DNA from: Eledone cirrhosa
Lineage: Eukaryota
Reading direction: 5' to 3'
Assembly: GCA_964016885.1 (NCBI GenBank)
Contig: OZ024742.1
Span: 190,340,001 to 190,404,000, forward strand
DNA length: 64,000 nt
How positions within the stretch are numbered: position 1 is the first letter of the stretch; each line of letters begins with the position of its first letter. The translations under genes were made by a program, and so were the position numbers. This document shows, in pieces, positions 27,885-41,832 of the stretch. Below the pieces are notes generated by a model. That model made no database searches, was not told the DNA's origin, and worked only from the letters and a program-made list of their open reading frames with translations.

Positions 27885-28500
27885 TATAGTTACGTCCCTT
27901 TACGATCTGAGTTCAAATCCCGCCGAGGTTGACCTTGCCTTTCATCCTTACGGGGTCGATAAAATAAAGTACCAGTAATGCACTGGGTAATTGCTGGCCT
28001 TGTGCCTAAAGTAGAAACAATTATTTATTCAAAATAATCCAACTTATTTTACTAATGGGATAAAAAATTATAAATCGTACGCAGTCCCGCGCTCCTTACT
28101 TTATTATAGTTTAGATTATTGAAATGCTAAAGGGTTAATCAACTTTCCCCTTCCCTCCAAATTATTGGCCTTGTGCCTAAATCAGAAACCAATAATGATA
28201 ATAATAATAATGATTTCTAGTACAGGCATAAGGCCAGTAATTTGGGGCGAGGGGGAAAGTCGATTAAATCGACTCCAGTACGTTACTGGTACTATATTTT
28301 ATCGACCTCGTAAGGATGAAAGGCAAAATTAACCTCGGTGGGATTTGAACTCAGATCATAAAGGACCGTAACTCTATACTGCAAAGCACGGTGTCCGACT
28401 CTGCTAACCTCGGAGGGTTTTGAACACATAGCGTAAAGGGCCATTGCTCTGTGCTGCGAAGCATGGTGTCCGACTCTCTACCGATTCTGCCAATCCACCA
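27885..28500. mobile_element. SINE copies (plus-strand truncated 27885-28023; minus-strand 28212-28500)
   Basis: Match to the window consensus. Confidence 0.8.
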
Positions 28501-29565
28501 TTAATAATAATGATTTCTTTATTAGCCATCCAAGGTTTATATTAAGATGGCAATAAAGACGGTAAAAGACGGTAGAGTGTGGGATTTTTGTGCGAGAGAA
28601 AGGTTTATAAAGATGATGATGATGATGATGATGATGATGTTGATGATGATGATGATGATGATGATGATGTTACTGTTGTTGTTGGTAAAAACGACGATCA
28701 TCACCCTCAACAGCATGCCGACCATGACGACGATGACGACTATGTTTATAATGATGGTGTTAATGGCAGCATAATCCCCAGAATATTTATAACAAGAAGT
28801 CGTTTTTATGGCTAAATTCAGTATTTTAGCAGATGTTTACGAGAATCAACTAATACTGTTTTAGAAAACTAAAATAATTTAAAATAAATCAATGTTGAAT
28901 TTAAGGGGGGGGTGGAGTTCATTTTTCTTGATTTTTAATTGTTTTGACGTTTTCCTTTTGTGTTTTTTTTTTTCTGTTGTTGATAATTTTATTGTTTCAG
29001 TTCTTTAGTTACCAACCCGACCAAAAACCGGCTCCGGTTCTATGGAAAAATCCACCCATTTGTTTCCAATTTAAATTAATATCTTCTAACATAGTTTTAT
29101 ATTAAGTTACTATCTTAGTAATGAAATAATTAATAATTTTAGTAAATCCCTCAAAGTTCTTAATTGATTAAGTGAAATAAACTGTATTTCATTAGAAATC
29201 CGCTCATGAAAGGGTTAATATTGCTTTTCTTAATATTTGCTAGGTATCGAGGAACTTCATAGTTTGCCTGAGATATGGGAGTTTGATGTCATTGACTGAT
29301 ATAAGGCGATAGATGGTGTATACACATGAGAAAGAAAGGAGGACATTGTTGAAGGCCGGCAGAAATACTGAGTGCAGTGTTTACTATGAAGATTGAGTGA
29401 TTGGTTGAATACCTTACAGGTGATGAGAATTGTTCGGAGTATGTAAGTGGAAGTATCATGAAAGTAGCTAGTTCTGCGGAGCAGGGGTCATTACAGGGGT
29501 GTTAGGAGAAAGAGGGGATGGAGAGAAGGCAGGTTGAGGGAGAGAGAGAGAGAGGAGATAGATAG

Positions 29566-29676
<111 letters not shown>

Positions 29677-30490
29677 GAGAGGAAGAAGAAATATAGTTCG
29701 TCAGCGTGCCAGATGACAGATGCCAGATGCCAGATGCCAAATGCCAGTTGCCAGATGCGGAAGCGTGTCTCTGAGTGACTTTATGCCAATAAGTCGAGTG
29801 CCTTTTCTAATGTTTCTTTTTAAAAGAAATATATGAATATTTGTATCTATATCTATCTATGCCAACAGCAATGTCACCGAAGTGTTGGTATTAATTTCCT
29901 ATTAAAATAAAATAAGCTGTTATGTTCATTCCTTCGGCGTATAAGACGCACGTAAATTTCGATATCAAAGTTTTGAAAAATACCATAAGACAAATTTTTT
30001 CAAATTTTGAGGTGAGAATTATCATTTTAAAATTTTCCTCAGCAAACTTGTTTAACGTAATCTGTTTTATCGTCATCATTTAAGTTCTTAACTCCTAACG
30101 GAGTCGTTTGGGCACTGACGGGACATGTATTTCTTGGGCATCAAATCCTGGCGGAGCTCATCCATCTCCAACAAACTTCATCAAGAGAGAAAGAATTGCA
30201 GGGACAAGCACACCCATTCTCAGCACTTAACTAAACTTTTATTTATTGACCATAACACATAAAGTTGGTTTTTGCGGGATTTGAACTCAATTCACAGTAG
30301 TTTATCCAATACATTAGTAATTCTACCAATTTGCCGCCATATAATCTCCTCTATATAAATCGTTCACAAAAAGTAGTCGTATTTCGGGTGGGGGCATACT
30401 TGATGTAGCAAGCCAAGAAGATTGCTTAATTAAAACTACACCTTTGGTGATAAGAACAACCATTCTCTAAACGAATAGGTCAGAAGGGCC

Positions 30491-30690
30491 GTGGATTTGC
30501 AGTATGGGTAGAGCGTCGGACAACATGCTTTATGGCATAGACAATCTGATTTCAAATTCTGCTGAGGTTAGCTTTGACTTTCATCCTTACGAGGTCGATA
30601 AAATAAAGTACCAGTCACGTACTGCAGTCGATTTAAGCGATTTTCCCCTCCCCAACTATTGTTGACCTTGTGCCTAAATCAGAAAGCAAT
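30491..30690 (+). mobile_element. Diverged tRNA-derived SINE
   Basis: GTGGATTTGCAGTATGGGTAGAG..TTCATCCTTACGAGGTCGATAAAATAAAGTACCAG. Confidence 0.75.
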
Positions 30691-31449
30691 AATTCTGGTC
30701 TGAATAAAAAAAAAGCTGTTATCATAATCTACTTTATAGCAATCGTTCATAGAAGTAGTTCACTTGTTTAGACCTGTGTAAGATCGATTCATCTTGGTGA
30801 AAGTGACATATTAATGTATATTGTGGTTTCTGCTTCATAATCCACTTAAGAAGACAGGAATACACGCTTGGTTAGTGATGTGGTAAATATGGTCCATTCT
30901 TTACTATATTAAAACTACAACAATATACATATGTATTATAGAGAGCAGGGGAGGTTGACTGGGACTTTATTGTTTTACATAAAAACATTTCATTTCACAT
31001 AGTAGTTGATTTATTTTAAACTGCTCACTACTGAACGGATTGCACGTTCAGGCATACATACATACATACATAATACATATATGTATACATACATACATGC
31101 ATGCATGCATACATAAATGCGTACATACATGCACAAATACATACATACATTCATACATACATACATAAATGCACACATACATACATACATACGTACATAC
31201 GTACATACATACGTGCATACATACATGCCTCAATGAATACACACATGCATGCATGTATACATACATGCATAGATGCATTCAGGCATGCATACATATATAG
31301 ATACTTATATACACATATAATATATAAATACATAAACACATACATGATCATAGCTTTTAAAAAATTAACAGGAAAACACTTGTGTGCTTATTTTACCATA
31401 GCAAATCGGATATATTTTTATATACATCCTATAATTAGTGCGACTTCTA

Positions 31450-31512
<63 letters not shown>

Positions 31513-31828
31513 GTTCAAGAGTAACCAATCTTAAAGAGAGAGATGGAGATAGGAGAGAAGATATGAGAGGAGAGATTGGTGAATTAGTTAGAAGCCAAAT
31601 ATTAATAATAATAATGTCCGTTTACAATTGTTTCGCTACTCCATATAATATTTATGGATCAGTTGACTATATATCATAATTGATCTGGTTCAGTTGAAAA
31701 TAATTAACATATTTAAAAGATAGAGCGGCTCATCGGAACTTCAAAGGAATATAAATTAAAATAATGAGAGAATGTTCCATATATTGGTTTTTTACTATTC
31801 CATATATTGGTTTTTTACTATTTTTTTA

Positions 31829-32034
31829 CCAATGCATGCCCATTAAATGGAGACTGCCTGACACCCAACATAGTCTATAGGTTCACGGTTAAAACTGCTT
31901 CGAATACCAGCTCTTATATCGGGTCTACCTCTAACCCTTTTAAGGTACGCTATAACGCGCACTCTTTTTCCTTCCGAGACCCTAGCAACAGATGTTCGAC
32001 ATCGCTAGCTAGGCTCATTAAAAACCTTAGTAAA
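31829..32034 (+). pseudogene. Naiad-type PLE GIY-YIG endonuclease fragment (repeated at ~33620 and ~35106)
   Basis: NACPLNGDCLTPNIVYRFTVKTASNTSSYIGSTSNPFKVRYNAHSFSFRDPSNRCSTSLAR. Confidence 0.85.
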
Positions 32035-32369
32035 TAATCAGGAACTGAATATACAGAGCGGTTGCCGGTCAAGCAGAAATTGAAAATTAGAATAGGTGCT
32101 CTGAAATAGCTATATATATATGAATGTTAATTAAAGTAAGTGAGTCTGTCACTACTCTAAAACAATAGCATAAGGTCTTCGAAATGCTTTTAATTAAGCA
32201 TACAGTGTATTGCAAAATACACTATATATACATTCATATATATATAGCTATTTCAGAGCACCAATTCTAATTTTCAATTTCTGCTTGACCGGCAACCGCT
32301 CTGTATAATCAGTTCCCGATTATACAGAGAACCAAACATCCATGATTTCAGCAAACATGAAGAGTAGTT

Positions 32370-32414
32370 GGCTTTGATAAGCATCAATAAATGCGAAACA
32401 GGGCATTGTCAGCT
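32370..32414 (+). ncRNA. Type I hammerhead, U3-A8 variant (array copy 1 of 6)
   Basis: GGCT-TTGATAA-GCAT CAATAA ATGC-GAAAC AGGGCATT GTC-AGCT. Confidence 0.8.
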
Positions 32415-32687
32415 TTATCTCCCCTGTTTGCTGAAAATTAAAGTAAGTGAGTCTGTCACTACTCTAAAACAATAGCATAAGGTCTTGAAATGCTTTTAAT
32501 TAACCATACAGTGTATTGCAAAATACACTATATATACATTCATATATATATAGCTATTTCAGAGCACCAATTCTAATTTTCAATTTCTGCTTGACCGGCA
32601 ACCGCTCTGTATATTCAGTTCCTGATTATTTACTAGAATTCTGTAAGAACCAAACATCCATGATTTCAGCAAACAGGAGGAGTAGTT

Positions 32688-32732
32688 GGCTTTGATAAGC
32701 ATCAATAAATGCGAAACAGGGCCTTGTCAGCT
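32688..32732 (+). ncRNA. Type I hammerhead, U3-A8 variant (copy 2)
   Basis: GGCT-TTGATAA-GCAT CAATAA ATGC-GAAAC AG GGCC TT GTC-AGCT. Confidence 0.82.
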
Positions 32733-33006
32733 TTATCTCCCCTGTTTGCTGAAAATTAAAGTAAGTAAGTCTGTCACTACTCTAAAACAATAGCATAAGG
32801 TCTTCGAAATGCTTTTAATTAAGCATACAGTGTATTGCAAAATACACTATATATACATTCATATATATATAGCTATTTCAGAGAACCAATTCTAATTTTC
32901 AATTTCTGCTTGACCGGCAACCGCTCTGTATATTCAGTTCCTGATTATTTACTAGAATTCTGTAAGAATCAAACATCCATGATTTCAACAAACATGAGGA
33001 GTAGTT

Positions 33007-33051
33007 TGCTTTGATAAGCATCAATAAATGCGAAACAGAGCCTTGTCAGCT
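33007..33051 (+). ncRNA. Type I hammerhead, U3-A8 variant (copy 3)
   Basis: Same motif, 319 nt after copy 2. Confidence 0.78.
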
Positions 33052-33209
33052 TTATCTCCCCTGTTTGCTGAAAATTAAAGTAAGTGAGTCTGTCACTACT
33101 CTAAAACAATAGCATAAGGTCTTCGAAATGCTTTTAATTAAGCATACAGTGTATTGCAAAATACACTATATATACATTCATATATATATAGCTATTTCAG
33201 AGCACCAAG

Positions 33210-33288
<79 letters not shown>

Positions 33289-34171
33289 GTTCAAGAGTAA
33301 CCAATCTTAAAGAGAGAGATGGAGATAGGAGAGAAGATATGAGAGGAGAGATTGGTGAATTAGTTAGAAGCCAAATATTAATAATAATAATGTCCGTTTA
33401 CAATTGTTTCGCTACTCCATATAATATTTCTGGATCAGTTGACTATATATCATAATTGATCTGGTTCAGTTGAAAATAATTAACATATTTAAAAAATAGA
33501 GCGGCTCATCGGAACTTCAAAGGAATATAAATTAAAATAATGAGAGAATGTTACATAATATAATGTTCCATATATTGGTTTTTTACTATTCCATATATTG
33601 GTTTTTTACTATTTTTTTACCAATGCATGCCCATTAAATGGAGACTGCCTGACACCCAACATAGTCTATAGGTGCACGGTTAAAACTGCTTCGAATACCA
33701 GCTCTTATATCGGGTCTACCTCTAATCCTTTTAAGGTACGCTATAACTAGCACTCTTTTTCCTTCCGAGACCCTAGCAACAGATGTTCGACATCGCTAGC
33801 TAGGCTCATTAAAAACCTTAGTAAATAATCAGGAACTGAATATACAGAGCGGTTGCCGGTCAAGCAGAAATTGAAAATTAGAATTGGTGCTCTGAAATAG
33901 CTATATATATATGAATGTTAATTAAAGTAAGTGAGTCTGTCACTACTCTAAAACAATAGCATAAGGTCTTGAAATGCTTTTAATTAATCATACAGTGTAT
34001 TGCAAAATACACTATATATACATTCATATATATATAGCTATTTCAGAGCACAAATTCTAATTTTCAATTTCTGCTTGACCGGCAACCGCTCTGTATATTC
34101 AGTTCCTGATTATTTACTAGAATTCTGTAAGAACCAAACATCCATGATTTCAGCAAACATGAGGAGTAGTT

Positions 34172-34216
34172 GGCTTTGATAAGCATCAATAAATGCGAAA
34201 CAGAGCCTTGTCAGCT
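34172..34216 (+). ncRNA. Type I hammerhead, U3-A8 variant (copy 4)
   Basis: Same motif. Confidence 0.78.
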
Positions 34217-34490
34217 TTATCTCCCCTGTTTGCTGAAAATTAAAGTAAGTGAGTCTGTCACTACTCTAAAACAATAGCATAAGGTCTTCGAAATGCTTTT
34301 AATTAAGCATACAGTGTATTGCAAAATACACTATATATACATTCATATATATATAGCTATTTCAGAGAACCAATTCTAATTTTCAATTTCTGCTTGACCG
34401 GCAACCGCTCTGTATATTCAGTTCCTGATTATTTACTAGAATTCTGTAAGAATCAAACATCCATGATTTCAACAAACATGAGGAGTAGTT

Positions 34491-34535
34491 TGCTTTGATA
34501 AGCATCAATAAATGCGAAACAGAGCCTTGTCAGCT
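34491..34535 (+). ncRNA. Type I hammerhead, U3-A8 variant (copy 5)
   Basis: Same motif, 319 nt after copy 4. Confidence 0.78.
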
Positions 34536-34693
34536 TTATCTCCCCTGTTTGCTGAAAATTAAAGTAAGTGAGTCTGTCACTACTCTAAAACAATAGCATA
34601 AGGTCTTCGAAATGCTTTTAATTAAGCATACAGTGTATTGCAAAATACACTATATATACATTCATATATATATAGCTATTTCAGAGCACCAAG

Positions 34694-34774
<81 letters not shown>

Positions 34775-35658
34775 GTTCAAGAGTAACCAATCTTAAAGAG
34801 AGAGATGGAGATAGGAGAGAAGATATGAGAGGAGAGATTGGTGAATTAGTTAGAAGCCAAATATTAATAATAATAATGTCCGTTTACAATTGTTTCGCTA
34901 CTCCATATAATATTTCTGGATCAGTTGACTATATATCATAATTGATCTGGTTCAGTTGAAAATAATTAACATATTTAAAAGATAGAGCGGCTCATCGGAA
35001 CTTCAAAGGAATATAAATTAAAATAATGAGAGAATGTTACATAATATAATGTTCCATATATTGGTTTTTTACTATTCCATATATTGGTTTTTTACTATTT
35101 TTTTACCAATGCATGCCCATTAAATGGAGACTGCCTGACACCCAACATAGTCTATAGGTGCACGGTTAAAACTGCTTCGAATACCAGCTCTTATATCGGG
35201 TCTACCTCTAATCCTTTTAAGGTACGCTATAACTAGCACTCTTTTTCCTTCCGAGACCCTAGCAACAGATGTTCGACATCGCTAGCTAGGCTCATTAAAA
35301 ACCTTAGTAAATAATCAGGAACTGAATATACAGAGCGGTTGCCGGTCAAGCAGAAATTGAAAATTAGAATTGGTGCTCTGAAATAGCTATATATATATGA
35401 ATGTTAATTAAAGTAAGTGAGTCTGTCACTACTCTAAAACAATAGCATAAGGTCTTCGAAATGCTTTTAATTAAGCATACAGTGTATTGCAAAATACACT
35501 ATATATACATTCATATATATATAGCTATTTCAGAGCACCAATTCTAATTTTCAATTTCTGCTTGACCGGCAACCGCTCTGTATATTCAGTTCCTGATTAT
35601 TTACTAGAATTCTGTAAGAATCAAACATCCATGATTTCAACAAACATGAGGAGTAGTT

Positions 35659-35703
35659 TGCTTTGATAAGCATCAATAAATGCGAAACAGAGCCTTGTCA
35701 GCT
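35659..35703 (+). ncRNA. Type I hammerhead, U3-A8 variant (copy 6)
   Basis: Same motif. Confidence 0.78.
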
Positions 35704-35860
35704 TTATCTCCCCTGTTTGCTGAAAATTAAAGTAAGTGAGTCTGTCACTACTCTAAAACAATAGCATAAGGTCTTCGAAATGCTTTTAATTAAGCATACA
35801 GTGTATTGCAAAATACACTATATATACATTCATATATATATAGCTATTTCAGAGCACCAA

Positions 35861-35919
<59 letters not shown>

Positions 35920-36119
35920 GTTATGAATATTTAGCTGCTAATTGAATGAAAGGAAGCATGGGTGGCGTGTTGGTGTAATGGTACACACTGGTCCGGCAAA
36001 CCATGTAAATCAATACTCATCCTTTTTTCCATTCAAGTTTTTTTTTAAATTCACAACTAACAGACTAATTCTATGTAGTGTAGTCAAATACGGCATAAGC
36101 ACATGTTACTACCTAATTT

Positions 36120-36175
<56 letters not shown>

Positions 36176-36460
36176 ATTGAGTAGAGTATGTGTTGGTTGG
36201 TTACATTCACTTCAGTATGCAGGGTCATTTATATATATATATATATGTAGAAGAAAATGCTGCTAATAGAATTTAATCATAGAAAAACAGAAAAACATTT
36301 TTTTTAAAACAATTTTTGGTACCGGTTTCATTTGATAAACATTTTGACTTCTTCATACTAGAAAAAATATAATAAAAGTATATAATAAATATAAGGTGTA
36401 TATTAATTAGAAGAGAGTATTAGAGAAGATAGTTTACATATATATAAATTCACATTTTCG

Positions 36461-36491
<31 letters not shown>

Positions 36492-36539
36492 TTCTTGGTG
36501 GTGTGATGGTAGTAGCAGCCAAATATTGTAGCAGTAGGG

Positions 36540-36614
<75 letters not shown>

Positions 36615-36619
<5 letters not shown>

Positions 36620-36729
36620 AAAACGTTCAGGACCCCGACGGCAGAGCTCAATACCGTTTCGACGGCTATTTCTGAGATAGCCGTCGAAACGGTATTGGTC
36701 CATCTAGTTCCTTACCACACTTCCTCCGT

Positions 36730-36732
<3 letters not shown>
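36615..36732. mobile_element. Half-hammerhead fold-back element (one arm partly deleted)
   Basis: GACCCCGACGGC..CCGTTTCGACGGCTAT TTCTGAG ATAGCCGTCGAAACGG; flanked by (TA)n. Confidence 0.7.
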
Positions 36733-36790
<58 letters not shown>

Positions 36791-37080
36791 GTGAGTGTCT
36801 GTCTGTGTCAGTGTGAGTTCATACGTTTATATATATATGTGTATCAAATGTATATCGTTATAACCCATGCACATCATATAAGAGCTCATTTTCCGTTGCA
36901 CATACACACATACACATGCAAGCATAGAGATGCACACATATATATATACATACACATACATGCGCATAAATTCGACTATACATGTTTAGAACTGAAATGT
37001 ATGTACATGTGCTAGTGTAACGTTTTCTGAATGTGTGTCTCTCCATTGATCTGTGTTCTTTCGTTCCTTCTTTCGTTCGT

Positions 37081-37126
<46 letters not shown>

Positions 37127-37565
37127 TGTCTTTCTTTCTTTCTTTCTTCCTGTCTTTCTTTCTCTTAAAATCACATCTTTGGCCAAATATTCAAATACAT
37201 CATGATCAACATATAATTAGTGCTGTTTCATCTTAATGTATAAATTATACATTATATTCCGCTCTTCCAGATAGTTTATGTATATATCATAGATTGACGC
37301 ACATACATAAAAACACACAAACACACACCAGACAAATACACACACACACACATAAACACACACAGACACACACATACACACACAAACAGACACACACAAT
37401 AGTGCATGTATATATATATAGTATATATGTATGTGTGAGTTTATGTATCTCTGTATGAATGTATATATGTGTTTGTATATATGTATGAACGGGCGTGTAT
37501 ATGTATGCATGCGTGACGTTCGTTTTTATGTAATGTTTGTAAGTATGTTTGACTGTCAGTCTATA

Positions 37566-37596
<31 letters not shown>

Positions 37597-37667
37597 GTCT
37601 TTCTCCCTCTCCCTCTTTCACTCTCCCCCCCCTCTCTCTCTGTCTCTCTCTTTATATATATATATAT

Positions 37668-37727
<60 letters not shown>

Positions 37728-37756
37728 GCTCACACATGAACACACACACATACACA

Positions 37757-37799
<43 letters not shown>

Positions 37800-37827
37800 A
37801 TACATATGTAAATTGATATTTGATATA

Positions 37828-37920
<93 letters not shown>

Positions 37921-38327
37921 TATAAATATAAATATATATATATTCATATATTTGCGTGTTTGTGTGTAAAACCTCCCTCGGTGATTCCGTTATAGAGCCA
38001 GATATTCTAGTCCTAAATAAATAAAAGGGTTTGGTCATGAATGGAACGCTTTTGACAATAATTCTGCTTGATGAAAGTTCACATTGAGCTAATCAACGTC
38101 AACATAACTTTGTTTTCATTCAATTATTTCATACTAGGTATTCCAGATTATTTAAGTTCTGTTCGAACTTCCGTCATATCTTTGAACACGTGCGAAAACG
38201 AATTGACATCATTTCCGTCCCAAAATGTGATACCATATTGATTTCATGAAAGATGTCAGCCGACTGCACTTCGTTGAATTCATATGTAGAAATCGCTGTA
38301 AAAATATTAGGAATAATCACATTATTG

Positions 38328-39366
38328 TATGGCAGTATCGGTAGAGGGTCGGACGCCATGCTTTCCAGCATAGTTACGTCCCTTTACGATCTGAATTCAA
38401 ATCCCGCTGAGGTTGACTTTGCCTTTCATCCTTACGGGGTCGATAAAATAAAGTACCAGTAATGCACTCTGGGTAATTGCTGGCCTTGTGCCTAAAGTAG
38501 AAACAAGTATCGGTAGAGGGTCGGACGCCATGCTTTCCAGCATAGTTACGTGCCTTTATGATCTGAGTTCAAATCCCGCCGAGGTTGACTTTGCCTTTCA
38601 TCCTTACGGGGTCGATAAAATAAAGTACCAGTAATGCACTCTGGGTAATTGCTGGCCTTGTGCCTAAAGTAGAAACAAGTATCGGTAGAGGGTCGGACGC
38701 CATGCTTTCCAGCATAGTTACGTGCCTTTATGATCTGAGTTCAAATCCCGCTGAGGTTGACTTTGCCTTTCATCCTTACGGGGTCGATAAAATAAAGTAC
38801 CAGTAATGCACTCTGGGTAATTGCTGGCCTTGTGCCTAAAGTAGAAACAAGTATCGGTAGAGGGTCGGACGCCATGCTTTCCAGCATAGTTACGTGCCTT
38901 TATGATCTGAGTTCAAATCCCGCCGAGGTTGACTTTGCCTTTCATCCTTACGGGGTCGATAAAATAAAGTACCAGTAATGCACTCTGGGTAATTGCTGGC
39001 CTTGTGCCTAAAGTAGAAACAAGTATCGGTAGAGGGTCGGACGCCATGCTTTCCAGCATAGTTACGTGCCTTTACGATCTGAGTTCAAATCCCGCTGAGG
39101 TTGACTTTGCCTTTCATCCTTACGGGGTCGATAAAATAAAGTACCAGTAATGAACTGGGTAATTGCTGGCCTTGTGCCTAAAGTAGAAACAAGTATCGGT
39201 AGAGGGTCGGACGCCATGCTTTCCAGCATAGTTACGTCCCTTTACGATCTGAATTCAAATCCCGCTGAGGTTGACTTTGCCTTTCATCCTTACGGGGTCG
39301 ATAAAATAAAGTACCAGTAATGCACTCTGGGTAATTGCTGGCCTTGTGCCTAAAGTAGAAACAATT
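38328..39366 (+). repeat. Tandem array of six ~172-bp SINE copies
   Basis: AGTATCGGTAGAGGG recurs at 38334, 38506, 38678, 38850, 39022 and 39192. Confidence 0.95.
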
Positions 39367-39603
39367 ATTGTAGTAGTGAGTTGATGTTGTTAGCATAATA
39401 AACATTTCATTCAAGCTATTCCTATATATAGAAATAGAGAGAAAGTGACGTCAGAACGAGTTTCCTCCACCTTCAACTAACTTTACCACACCGCCTCTTG
39501 GTCTCGGCCGATAGGATGGAGAATACTTTGCCCTGGAATATGGCAAAAGAGACGCGCTTGAACAGCTCGCTCACTTTGGACAGCCGACCCCACATATTGG
39601 GTA

Positions 39604-40030
39604 GGGATTGGCAGAATTGTTAGTCTTTCTCTTTCTCTTTCTCTTCATCTTCTTCGTCCATGTATTCCTGAGAGGGTCGTGGAGGAGCAGTCCTCAAACA
39701 CTCCTTCCAGTGGGTCATGTCAAAAGCAGCCATATCTAATTAGTCCGGCTGGATCCCCAAGCTTGACAAGGCAAGATCATTGATTTTATCCAATCATGTT
39801 GCTCGGGGGGTCTACCCCTGGGTCTTCTGCATGTTGGCTGTTAGTGTCAGACAACATTCTTTCTGATATTCGTAGCTGCACTTTACGTTCTGAGATCAAA
39901 TCCAACCGAGGTCAACTTTGCCTTTCATCTTATAGTAACCGATAAAATTAAGTGCCATCAAGGACTAGGGTCGATATTATCGCTTTTCTCCACTCAAAGT
40001 ACTGGCCTTGTGCCAATATTAGGAACCTTT
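39604..40030 (+). mobile_element. Old SINE split by an antisense RTE 3' fragment
   Basis: SINE head GGATTGGCAGAATTG at ~39606 and body from ~39880, with an RTE-like insert between. Confidence 0.55.
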
Positions 40031-40207
40031 ATTGTTAATATCGATTCTATTGATATATTTTCATTTCTTTCTTTGAAGAACGTAACTTCTAAAGGGAAGA
40101 TGTGTCGTTTGCTGCAGAAAGTCTGTTAAATCGTAGATTACCTAAGGGCTATATACAGGCTCAGCCTTCAAAATACACGCATGCATACACAGAAACACAC
40201 ACACACA

Positions 40208-40284
<77 letters not shown>

Positions 40285-40299
40285 GTATATATACATATA

Positions 40300-40388
40300 C
40301 ACGGTGTTCCCAAAAATGTAGACACACTTCAACATAACTATAATCAATGTGTGTATACAATTTGGGGGACACACATCTGTATATATGT

Positions 40389-40462
<74 letters not shown>

Positions 40463-40564
40463 GTATATATACATATACACGGTGTTCCCAAAAATGTAGA
40501 CACACTTCAACATAACTATAATCAATGTGTGTATACAATTTGGGGGACACACATCTGTATATAT

Positions 40565-40636
<72 letters not shown>

Positions 40637-40740
40637 GTATATATACATATACACGGTGTTCCCAAAAATGTAGACACACTTCAACATAACTATAATCAAT
40701 GTGTGTATACAATTTTGGGGACACACATCTGTATATATGT

Positions 40741-40819
<79 letters not shown>

Positions 40820-40900
40820 CACGGTGTTCCCAAAAATGTAGACACACTTCAACATAACTATAATCAATGTGTGTATACAATTTGGGGGACACACATCTGT
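40300..40900. repeat. Four tandem copies of an ~80-bp Tc1/mariner-like mini-MITE with (CA)n(TA)n spacers
   Basis: TA|CACGGTGTTCCCAAAAATGTAGACACAC...GTGTGTATACAATTTGGGGGACACACATCTG|TA, four times. Confidence 0.75.
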
Positions 40901-40912
40901 ATATATGTACAT

Positions 40913-41041
<129 letters not shown>

Positions 41042-41247
41042 TGTGTGTGTTTTAGTTAGGTGTGTAACTACAGCTACATGTGGTACACCATTTAATGCTG
41101 TTATGCGGTCTATATCATGTTGGGTTGTAATAAAATTGTATGTATGTATATAGATGATAATTTTAGTAACAATAAAATTTCTACATATGATGCAATACTG
41201 ACTTCGATCCTACTTACTCCACCTTTCTCTATATATATACATATATA

Positions 41248-41295
<48 letters not shown>

Positions 41296-41456
41296 GGAGG
41301 GTACGTGTGGGTGTCTTTATTTTTTCATGAACGTAAGCATCTTTGCAGAAACACAGAGAGAAATAAAATAAAGAAACACAGGAGATAAAGATAGTGAGAA
41401 AATAGTGGAGAAATACAGAGTGACTGAAGGGAGGGAGAGAGGGAGATACAGAGGAG

Positions 41457-41534
<78 letters not shown>

Positions 41535-41555
41535 TAGAGAGAAAGAGACAGATTG

Positions 41556-41597
<42 letters not shown>

Positions 41598-41743
41598 CGC
41601 TAGAGAAAGAGCGAGAGAGAGAGAGCTAGAGAGAAAGAGATAGGTAGGTAGATAGAAAGAGAGTTAGAAAGATAAAGATCTTGAGAGAAAGAGAGAGCTA
41701 GAGCTAAAGATAAATAAAGAGCTAGAGAAAGAGAATGCTAGCG

Positions 41744-41780
<37 letters not shown>

Positions 41781-41832
41781 TAGAGAGAGGCGGAAGACAG
41801 GGGGACAAGGAGAGAGAATACGTTTTACTTAC

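Larger units (their letters stand above)
31504..35866 (+). repeat. Macrosatellite of 3 PLE-derived units containing 3, 2 and 1 copies of a ~319-bp hammerhead subunit
   Basis: Units start CACACACAGTTCAAGAGTAACC at ~31504, ~33280 and ~34765 and are separated by (TA)n. Each has a GIY-YIG fragment, a ~100-bp inversion and tandem subunits. Confidence 0.92.

Noticed and set aside
38174-38462. Short ORFs MLESMASDPLPIL.. and ..AEVDFAFHPYGVDKIKYQ seen several times
   Set aside because: Chance translations of the SINE consensus.
38328-39366. Regular repeats resembling a CRISPR or tRNA gene array
   Set aside because: Units are entire SINE copies with no unique spacers and no complete cloverleaf; eukaryotic context.
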